This document shows, in pieces, positions 30,862 through 38,618 of a DNA stretch of 64,000 bases. The notes under the pieces are model-generated. The model saw only the letters and a list, made by a program, of their open reading frames with translations, was not told the origin of the DNA and searched no databases. The stretch spans positions 1,248,001 to 1,312,000 of the forward strand of contig CAVRAG010000008.1 in assembly GCA_963718895.1 (NCBI GenBank), given 5' to 3'. The position numbers were made by a program, and so were the translations under genes. Within the stretch, counting starts at the first letter, position 1. Each line of letters opens with the position of its first letter. The DNA is from an uncultured Nitrososphaerota archaeon (lineage in GTDB: Archaea; Thermoproteota; Nitrososphaeria; Nitrososphaerales; Gagatemarchaeaceae).

Positions 30862-31756
30862 TCACCCTACCGAGATGTGGAAGACGACGTGGATTACGGT
30901 CCCCAGAACGTAGAGCGCGACGGTCGCGCCGAGCATTATCCCTGTCAGCTCGACAAAGTCCCGCGCGAAAGGGCTTGTTTGAGATTATTGCGCTGTAGAA
31001 GCTGATGAAGGCGATCAGCAGCACGGCGAAGACCAGCGAGGTGCCGAGCGCCCAGGCCATCTGCTCCGTCAGGAAGTACGGGCTCGCCAGTATCAGGGCG
31101 GTGGCAAAGTAGGAGGCTCCGGTGTAGGTGGCCGACTTGCTGGCAGATCCCTCGAAGCCCTGCTTAGCCTGCGCGTAGGCGGCCGAGGACATGGCGAGCG
31201 AGGCCGCCGCCCCTGCGACGACCCCCGCGATGCCGGCGAGCCGAGTGGAATCGTAGATCCCAAGAGAGCCGGCGTGGATCCCGGCTATCTCCACGACCGC
31301 GTCGGCCAGGCCGAGCACTACGAACGAGATGTACCTTACCGCGCTCCCCTCGGTCTTCTTCTCGAACTCCTTCTCGTGGACGATCTCGTCCTCGAGCATC
31401 CTGTCGAACCGTGGCCGGTCGGCCTCTGGGATCAGGTGCGCGATGCTCTTGTACTGACGGATGACCCGGTTCTCATTTCTCTCAAGGAACGAGCTCGCGA
31501 ACGTCGTCCCGAAAAGAATCCTGAGGAAGATAGTCAGGTAGACGCGGAATTTACTGGCTCGGATCTTCGCGTCGGGGACGTATTTCATCCAGAACTCGTA
31601 GTGGCCGTGCTCCATCTCGGAGAGGGACTGCAGGACCTTCCGGAACTCCGGGTTCCTCTCGACGCCCAACCGCGAGAGCCTCCTGTAGACCTCGTGGTCG
31701 TTTATCTCGTCCTGGCAGCTCTCGCGCGCGATCCTCTCGAGCGTCTCTGAGGACAA
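30862..31756 (-). CDS. Ferritin-like/rubrerythrin-VIT1/CCC1 fusion iron transporter (one +1 frameshift near 30972)
   Basis: EHGH and EIVHE diiron motifs, VLGLADAVVE, ASLAMSSAAY; corrected C-terminus KPFARDFVEL...VG*. Confidence 0.87.
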
Positions 31757-31835
31757 GATTACCCCAGTTGGGGCGACGGACTTCTATAAGTTTGATGGCG
31801 GGTGTGGCTTTTATGCTGGACTAGAGTACAAGCCT

Positions 31836-32495
31836 GTGCGCGCAAGACGTCGAGTAGCCTGGTGGGTAAAGCATGGCAAGCCCAATCCAGGAAAGCCCTT
31901 AAAGAAGGGAAGTGTGCCATGGTCCAAAGGGAAGCCTCGTCCGGACATGATTGGCAACAAGTATGGCACCCTTCTCAAAGGCATTCCGAAATCTCGAGAA
32001 TGGAAAAGGAAGGCAAGCCTTGCAAAAATGGGGGATAGGAATCCTATGAGAAACCCGGAGAACGCAAGAAAGATGGCGGCGACCAAGAGAGGTAAGCCGA
32101 ATCCCAAGCATAGGGAGTATTGGAGGCTTCACCACGACGAACAACTGAGGAAGATGATGGTTGGAGAGCACAAGAAGCCTAACAAGCTCGAGAAGCGATT
32201 GATTGAGCTAATTGACGGGAACAACTTGCCTTTCAAATATGTTGGTAACTGGGAGTTCATTCTGGGTGGGAAGTGCCCCGATTTCTTGAGCACTGACGGC
32301 AAGAAGTTGTTGATAGAATTGTTTGGAAACTACTGGCATACAATCAAGGCGAGAGAGACCGTTGAGGAACGGGTTGCTCGATTCAGAGAGCATGGTTTTG
32401 AGACTCTGGTTCTTTGGGAGAAAGAGATGGATGACGAACGGCTCATAGTGGACAAGATTCGAAGATTCTGCGGCGAGATTCAGGGAGATCCTTAG
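31836..32495 (+). CDS. Free-standing NUMOD3-repeat + Vsr/DUF559-like endonuclease
   Basis: Basic PWSKGK and KRKASLAKMGDRNP repeats, then PNKLE...CPDF...IELFGNYWH...GFETLVLWE; AT-richer than flanks. Confidence 0.72.
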   Translation: MRARRRVAWWVKHGKPNPGKPLKKGSVPWSKGKPRPDMIGNKYGTLLKGIPKSREWKRKASLAKMGDRNPMRNPENARKMAATKRGKPNPKHREYWRLHHDEQLRKMMVGEHKKPNKLEKRLIELIDGNNLPFKYVGNWEFILGGKCPDFLSTDGKKLLIELFGNYWHTIKARETVEERVARFREHGFETLVLWEKEMDDERLIVDKIRRFCGEIQGDP

Positions 32496-32592
32496 CATAG
32501 TTGGCGTTCAAATGCGCGCCAATTGAAGAAGGAAAGTGGCTCTATAACGTTTATACGGGGATTTGGAGCATACCGCTGGTAAGGCAATAAAT

Positions 32593-32739
32593 TTGGTCAG
32601 CGCGTACTGCGTGAAATGCAAAGCAAAAAGAGAGATGAAGACCCCGACGAACATCACCATGAAGAACGGGAAGAAGGCTGTTCAGGGGGTCTGTCCGGTC
32701 TGCGGGACGAAGCTCTTCCGCATCGGGGGCAAGGTCTAG
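32593..32739 (+). CDS. DUF5679-like small Zn-ribbon protein (48 aa, missed by the ORF track)
   Basis: MVSAYCVKCKAKREMKTPTNITMKNGKKAVQGVCPVCGTKLFRIGGKV; TTTATA box upstream at about 32550. Confidence 0.85.
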   Translation: MVSAYCVKCKAKREMKTPTNITMKNGKKAVQGVCPVCGTKLFRIGGKV

Positions 32740-32742
32740 GAC

Positions 32743-33921
32743 CTACCCCTCTTCTTTTTTCTCGATCCAAACGGACATGCTCGTCTGGTCCGCGGCCTCC
32801 CTCCGGACCTCCGAGACCTTCAGGCCGACGAGCCTCACGGGAGCCTTCCTCTCCTGAAACGCCCTGAGGAGCGAGCGCGCCTCCCTCAGGATGGCCTCGC
32901 CGTCGTTCGAGTACGTGGGCAGCCTCGCCTCCCTGGTGTGGGTCTCGAACCCCCTGAAGCGCACCTTGATCCCCACCTTCCGGAAGACCATGTGGGCAGA
33001 CCGCACCCTCTCTCCTAGCTCGGAGGCGAGCCCCTCGACGATCCCCTCCACGAGGGCCCAGTCCTGCGAATCCTCCTCCAGGGTCCTCTCCGTGCTGAGC
33101 GACTTCAGCTCGTGCTCCTTCACCGGCTCGTCCTCCAGCCCGTTCGCCACCGCCCAGATCCAGAGCCCCGAGCCGCCCAGGCGCCTCTTCACGTGGTCGG
33201 AGTCGAGCGCCTGAAGGTCTCCCACCTTCGCGACCCCCAGGTCCTTCAGCAGCACCTCCGTCTTGACGCCGACGCCGGGGATGACGCTCACGGGCAGGGG
33301 TGCCAGGAACTCCTTGGTCCTCCCCGGCTCGACGACGGTTATCCCGTCGGGCTTGTGGAGGTCCGTCGCTATCTTGGCCGCCGACTTGCTCCCCGCCAGC
33401 CCGATGGAGCAGGTCAGGCCCGTCTCCTCACGCAGCGTCTCCTTCAACCTGCCCACCCAGGCCTCGGCCTCGGCCAGGGTCGAGACCACTCCTCTGAGAT
33501 CCACGAAGGCCTCGTCGATGCTGACCTGCTCGAAGTCCCTGACGCGGCTCCTGATCAGTTGCATGACCTGGCTGGAGAGCGTCTCGTAGTACTCGAAGTC
33601 GGGGCGGAGATAGACCCCCTGGGGGCAGAGCCTCCACGCCTCGGAGATGGGCATGGCCGAGCGCAGCCCGAACTTCCTCGCCGGGTAGTTGCAGGAGACG
33701 ACGACGCCCCTCCCCTTCCCGTCCTTTGGGTCGGCGCCGATCACGACCGGCGCGTCCCTGAGCGAGGGGTTCCTCCTCGTCTCTGCCGAAGCGTAGAACG
33801 AGTCCATGTCTATGTGCGCGACGAGCCGGACCTGCCCATCTGGTTCCGGGCCTGTTGGGTCAGACTCGGCCGGGAGTGACGGGTACCCGTGTGGCGCGGC
33901 CGCGGCGGTCATGGACGACAC
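32743..33921 (-). CDS. dinB: Y-family DNA polymerase IV (DinB/Dpo4)
   Basis: HIDMDSFYAS, NYPARKFG, SIDEAF, AKIATDLHKPDG, C-terminal PIP-like QTSMSVW. Confidence 0.94.
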   Translation of the reverse strand: MSSMTAAAAPHGYPSLPAESDPTGPEPDGQVRLVAHIDMDSFYASAETRRNPSLRDAPVVIGADPKDGKGRGVVVSCNYPARKFGLRSAMPISEAWRLCPQGVYLRPDFEYYETLSSQVMQLIRSRVRDFEQVSIDEAFVDLRGVVSTLAEAEAWVGRLKETLREETGLTCSIGLAGSKSAAKIATDLHKPDGITVVEPGRTKEFLAPLPVSVIPGVGVKTEVLLKDLGVAKVGDLQALDSDHVKRRLGGSGLWIWAVANGLEDEPVKEHELKSLSTERTLEEDSQDWALVEGIVEGLASELGERVRSAHMVFRKVGIKVRFRGFETHTREARLPTYSNDGEAILREARSLLRAFQERKAPVRLVGLKVSEVRREAADQTSMSVWIEKKEEG

Positions 33922-33936
33922 TAGACTGCGGCGGGG

Positions 33937-35574
33937 CTAGTTAAGCCCGTGGCGCTTTACCTTCTCGAGGTCCATGCCCCGGTTCTTGCATATGCCCTCG
34001 ATGAAGTGCAGCAGCCCCCAGCCCCCCAGGTTGAGGGTCGCGGACATGGCGGCGCGCCGGACCGCGTCTCCTTTGCTGTCGCGCGTGCCGTCCCTCCTGA
34101 TCATCTTCGCGAGGTGCCTGTAGCAGGCGTAGTAGACCGCAAGCTGCGACTCGTCCAGCATGCGCGAGCTGTACGACTTGGACTTTATCAGCCCCAGGGC
34201 CACGTTCTGCATCGGCGTCGCCGTGAACTCGGTCGGACGGCCGGACGCGAACTCCATCTCGCTCATGCGGTTCACCATCGCGACCGTCTCCCAGTTGTCC
34301 TCCGGGGACTCGTCCGTCTGCCCTACCTGCGCCGTGAAGGCCGGCCTCCAGTAGGCCCGGTTCATCGACCTCAGCCCCTCGCCGACTATCCGCTGCCACG
34401 TCCCGTCTGGGCCGATCCTGAGCGGGAGGGTCTTGTTGGGCATGTGCTCCAGCGCGAGCCTGTCGCTCCCGGTCTCCAGCCCCACCTGGACGCCTATCCA
34501 CTTGTCCGGCCCCGCGCGCACGACCGAGGATATCTGCGCGACGAGATCGGGGTAGCCAGCAGGTATCGATATCCTCCCGTGGGTCGGGTTCACGTAGTTG
34601 ATGCCCCTGACGCTCATCGCGGCTCCGAACAGCTCCACTATCGCGTCGGCGTTCGGTTCGAAGTGGGGGCCGTGCTGGTAGGCGAATATCTCGTCGCTGT
34701 GCAGCCACGCCTGCGTCTTGCCGTGCCTGGCGTTGACCCCCACCTCCTCCTTGACCATCTCGGGCGTGTAGTAGCGGATGGGCCTGAGGGTCACCTCGCA
34801 GAAGTCGCAGCCTATCCCGCACCCGCGCATCACCTCGGTCAGCCCCTTCACGGTGGGCCCCTGTATCAGAGGTATGTCGCCGAGCGTGGGGAACTGTTTG
34901 CCGGTCCTGACCCTCGTTATGAATCGGTCGCGGGCGACCCAGGTCTTGTGGAAGTCGGTGTCGAAGAACTGGTATCCCTGGAAGTATCCTCCGTCGTAGA
35001 TGGTGCCGCTCGAGACGTCCTCCAGGACCTCGTTGATGATGTCGTCGGCCTCACCCTGGAAGGCGTAGTCGATCCCCAGTTCGTCCAGCACCTCGGGCAT
35101 CATCGTCAGCTCCCACACGCCAGGTCCCCCGACGACCAGCTTCGCCTTCTTCCCCTTCCTCGCCGCGCTGAGCCTCCCTATGAGACGCTCGAACTCGACG
35201 CGCACCCAGGCCTTTGTCCGGCCGCCGAATAGGAGCGAGAAGGACATCGTGAGCGGGGCGAGTCCCAGCGGGTCCATGGTATACACGCCGATTATCTCCG
35301 TGTCGTCCTTGATGAAGGAGGCAGCGAAGTCCTCGTGGGCGACGACGACATCTTCCCTCTTGTTCCGGGCCAAGAGCGCCGACTCGAGCTTCCTCAGGGC
35401 GTAGGGCGCGAGCACGGCCCTGCCGTTGTAGTCAGGGGTCCGCCTTCCCTTGAGGAAGGCGTACAGAGGCCCAGGAACGATCTTGGTGGGAGCGCTGGGG
35501 AGGAAGTCCATGAGCGGGACGTTGTTGTACTCGCGGGACAGACTCGGGTCTGCGACGAAGACGTACTTCGCCAT
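33937..35574 (-). CDS. B12-binding-type radical SAM enzyme, GDGT ring synthase (Grs)-like
   Basis: CGIGCDFC radical SAM triad; N-terminal APYALRKLES, MDPLGLAP, VVGGPGVWE and LHSDE, as I recall for Grs-family proteins (from memory, not searched). Confidence 0.7.
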   Translation of the reverse strand: MAKYVFVADPSLSREYNNVPLMDFLPSAPTKIVPGPLYAFLKGRRTPDYNGRAVLAPYALRKLESALLARNKREDVVVAHEDFAASFIKDDTEIIGVYTMDPLGLAPLTMSFSLLFGGRTKAWVRVEFERLIGRLSAARKGKKAKLVVGGPGVWELTMMPEVLDELGIDYAFQGEADDIINEVLEDVSSGTIYDGGYFQGYQFFDTDFHKTWVARDRFITRVRTGKQFPTLGDIPLIQGPTVKGLTEVMRGCGIGCDFCEVTLRPIRYYTPEMVKEEVGVNARHGKTQAWLHSDEIFAYQHGPHFEPNADAIVELFGAAMSVRGINYVNPTHGRISIPAGYPDLVAQISSVVRAGPDKWIGVQVGLETGSDRLALEHMPNKTLPLRIGPDGTWQRIVGEGLRSMNRAYWRPAFTAQVGQTDESPEDNWETVAMVNRMSEMEFASGRPTEFTATPMQNVALGLIKSKSYSSRMLDESQLAVYYACYRHLAKMIRRDGTRDSKGDAVRRAAMSATLNLGGWGLLHFIEGICKNRGMDLEKVKRHGLN

Positions 35575-35780
35575 CTAGCGGACTTCCTCGCCGGAGAACG
35601 GTCTAGGAAGCGACATCGCTAGGAGGGCTGCCACCACACCCACGGCTCATTCGGCGACATACGCTTCGAAATAATAATCTTTTCGAACTTTGTACTGTTG
35701 CGACCTCGGGTGAGCGGTCTGTCCGGTCGTGTACGCCTGGTCGGTCTAATCCCCTGCGAGAGTGAGCAGAACCGAGCTTT

Positions 35781-38612
35781 CTACTCGAGATAGAAGGCCG
35801 GCTTGAACGGCAGGGCCCCGTTCGCCTTCTTCCCCGGGTCGTGGATGCCCGCCTCACCTGCCTTGAAGACCCGGACCTCGAGCCCCAGCTCGCTCGAGAT
35901 GAACCCGGAGGCCCTGCTCAGGATCTCGAACTCGTCGAAACCCTCCAGGGCCGCCAGCCTCTCGACCAGCTCCTCTCCGAGCTCGTACTGGAGCTTGATG
36001 ACCCTCTCGGGCTTGATGCCTGTAGCGGCGTGTTTCCTTATCACGGAGCCGCGGTCGCCGTGCTCCTTCTGCGCCCTGCGGAGGTCCAGGAAGTACTCCC
36101 TGGCCTCGTCTGAGGTCACGTACAGGGTCAGGCTCTTCTTGCTCTCCCTGATTATCTTCAGGAGGTTCCTGGCGTCCTCCAGGACGCCGTTCACCAGCAT
36201 CTCGGCCGTCTCGGCCGCGGCGTCCTCCGGGAACTCGATCGTCGAGGGCCAGTCAGCCATGGTTATCAGGCCCTTGCCGCCGATCCTCTGGTTCAGCTCC
36301 TCGGCAGCGAACGGGATGAAGGGCGAGAGGAGCCTTATCCACGTCTCGGAGACCAGCTCCAGCGTCTGTCGGCGCGGCCTCTCCTCCCGTCTCAGGTACC
36401 ACCTGATGTCGTTCCAGACGTCGAGGAGGGCGACCGAGAGGGCCTTCCTTATCTTCATCGTCTCGACCGACGCCGTGACGGTCTCTATCCTGTGGCGCAT
36501 CACCGAGGTCAGCCACCGGTCGAGGTGGTCCGGATCCCGCTGCTCGGTGTCCCTGAGGGACTTCTCGATGAAGGGGAAGAGCGAGTCTATCTTGAACTTA
36601 AGGTCCTCGGCGTTCTTGGCCTTCCAGTCGGCGTCATCCATCCCGTCGGCGGCCAGCGCGAGCGTCGCCCTGAGCGCGTCGGCGCCGTACTGCTCGAGCG
36701 CCTGCCGCCAGGTGACGAAGACGGACCTCGACTTTGACATCTTCTGGCCCTCGATCTCTATCATCCCGTTGACGCTGAACCCGACCGGCCAGAGCCTCTC
36801 CTCGAAGAGGGCCACGTGGTGGAACGCGTAGAACGTGAGGTGGTTCGGTATCAGCTCCTTGGCCGAGTTCCGGAGGTCGACCGGGTACCAGTACAGGAAC
36901 TCGTTCCGCATGTTGTTCAGCATCTTGGGGTCTATCCCCGAGAGCTTCGCCACGTGCGCCTCCGAACCCTTCCCCATGAACAGATAGTCGAAGACCTCGG
37001 GCACGAGCTGCTCGAACTTCACCTTCTCGGCGTTCACCAGCTGGTTGATGGTGTAGAACGCCATGTAGATCGTCGAGTCGGAGAGCGTCTCGACTATCCA
37101 CTCCTTGTCCCACGGCAGCTTCGTCCCCATCCCCGACCTCCGCGCGCAGGGCCAGTTTCGCAGCCAGTCTATGGTGGAGAAGTACCACTCGAGCGACTGG
37201 TCCGGATAGACGTTGGCCTTCCTGATGAGCGACTTCGTCCTCTCCTTCCACGCCGGGTCGGAGTAGTTCAGGAACCACTGGTTCTCGAGTATCTTCACGT
37301 AGCAGCGCGTGCCGCACTTGCAGACCACTCTCTGGGGGAGCTCCTGCATCACGGCAGGCGACCCGTCGGACTTCATCGCCTCTACGACCCTGGGCTTGGC
37401 CTCGCTCACCTTCAGCCCGCGGTAACCCTCGCAGTTCTCCTTCATGACTCCCTTGTGGAACTCCGCCTTGTAGAGCTCGGCCGTCGCATCCTCGAGCTTC
37501 GGGTCGTTAGAGTCCCTGATCTCCCGCTTCTTCACCTCATCCCGGGCTGGGACGTCCGAGTACCCCTGAATCGCGATGATCGATATCGGGCTGAGCTTCT
37601 GTGCGGCCTCCCGGACCTCCGGCGCCGCGGCCGTCCTGCCCTCCTGTACGTCTAGCAGGCCGATGTAGTCGTAGGGCGCATGCGCCGGAACGCTGTAGAC
37701 GACGCCGGTCACCAGGTCCGTGTCCACGAAGGTCGCCGGGAGGATGGGCAGCGACGCCCCGGTCACCGGCGCGACCACCGTCGCGCCCATCAGGTCGGAA
37801 CCCTTGAACTCCCTCTCGACCTTCACCCTGTGAAGCTGTTCGGCGAGCCTGTTTGCCGCCGACGAGCTTATGATCCAGGTCTCGCCGTCGACCTCGGCCT
37901 CGCAGTAGGTCCCGTCGGGACGCAGCCAGACGTTGGTTGCTCCGAATATCGTCTCGGGCCTGAGCGTCCCGGCCACCAGCCACTTCTCCCCCATCCTGAA
38001 CTTGACCAGGTTGAACTCCTCCGGTGAGACGCCCTCCCCCTCCATCCTGTCGTGGTCGCCGGTGGGGCTCTCGTCGTGCTTGCACCAAACGACCGGGTGC
38101 GTTCCCTGGACGACGTACCCGAGCTCGCGGAGCCGCAGGTACTGCCACTCGATGAACTTCTTGAAGGCCGGGTCCACCGTCCTGAACTCCCTCCGCCAGT
38201 CGATGGAGAACCCGGTCGCCTTTACCGCCTCCCTCGAGACCCTGGTGTAGTATGACGCAAGGTACTCGGGGTCCACGAAGCGGTCCACCTCCTCCTTCGG
38301 TACCCCGTCTATCTCGGTGAACGCCCTTCTCACGGACTCGTCGCCCTGGGAGAGCCGGTAGCTCATACCCGGGATGCTCTCACCCGTCCAGTGCCACGCC
38401 CACGGGAAGAGGACGTTGTAACCCTGCATCCTCTTGAAGCGGGCGTAGATGTCGACCCTCGTAGCGGTGAAGCAGTGCCCGATGTGCAGGGGCCCGTTCA
38501 TGTACGGGAACGGGAAGGTGACGAACGACTTCTTCTTGCCGAAGAGAGGTTCGGACTCGAAGACCCTCTTCTCATTCCAGACGTTGAGCCAGTGTTTCTC
38601 GTAGGTCGCCAA
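35781..38612 (-). CDS. leuS: Leucine--tRNA ligase (archaeal type)
   Basis: FPYMNGPLHIGH, DWRREF, TLRPET, SVPAHAPYD, KMSKS. Confidence 0.97.
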   Translation of the reverse strand: MATYEKHWLNVWNEKRVFESEPLFGKKKSFVTFPFPYMNGPLHIGHCFTATRVDIYARFKRMQGYNVLFPWAWHWTGESIPGMSYRLSQGDESVRRAFTEIDGVPKEEVDRFVDPEYLASYYTRVSREAVKATGFSIDWRREFRTVDPAFKKFIEWQYLRLRELGYVVQGTHPVVWCKHDESPTGDHDRMEGEGVSPEEFNLVKFRMGEKWLVAGTLRPETIFGATNVWLRPDGTYCEAEVDGETWIISSSAANRLAEQLHRVKVEREFKGSDLMGATVVAPVTGASLPILPATFVDTDLVTGVVYSVPAHAPYDYIGLLDVQEGRTAAAPEVREAAQKLSPISIIAIQGYSDVPARDEVKKREIRDSNDPKLEDATAELYKAEFHKGVMKENCEGYRGLKVSEAKPRVVEAMKSDGSPAVMQELPQRVVCKCGTRCYVKILENQWFLNYSDPAWKERTKSLIRKANVYPDQSLEWYFSTIDWLRNWPCARRSGMGTKLPWDKEWIVETLSDSTIYMAFYTINQLVNAEKVKFEQLVPEVFDYLFMGKGSEAHVAKLSGIDPKMLNNMRNEFLYWYPVDLRNSAKELIPNHLTFYAFHHVALFEERLWPVGFSVNGMIEIEGQKMSKSRSVFVTWRQALEQYGADALRATLALAADGMDDADWKAKNAEDLKFKIDSLFPFIEKSLRDTEQRDPDHLDRWLTSVMRHRIETVTASVETMKIRKALSVALLDVWNDIRWYLRREERPRRQTLELVSETWIRLLSPFIPFAAEELNQRIGGKGLITMADWPSTIEFPEDAAAETAEMLVNGVLEDARNLLKIIRESKKSLTLYVTSDEAREYFLDLRRAQKEHGDRGSVIRKHAATGIKPERVIKLQYELGEELVERLAALEGFDEFEILSRASGFISSELGLEVRVFKAGEAGIHDPGKKANGALPFKPAFYLE

Positions 38613-38618
38613 GAGGTG

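Noticed and set aside
33949-35232. Long antisense or alternative-frame ORFs (also 4975-6027, 26259-27599, 35803-36831, 39168-40460)
   Set aside because: Shadow frames of well-identified genes, expected from high-GC codon bias.
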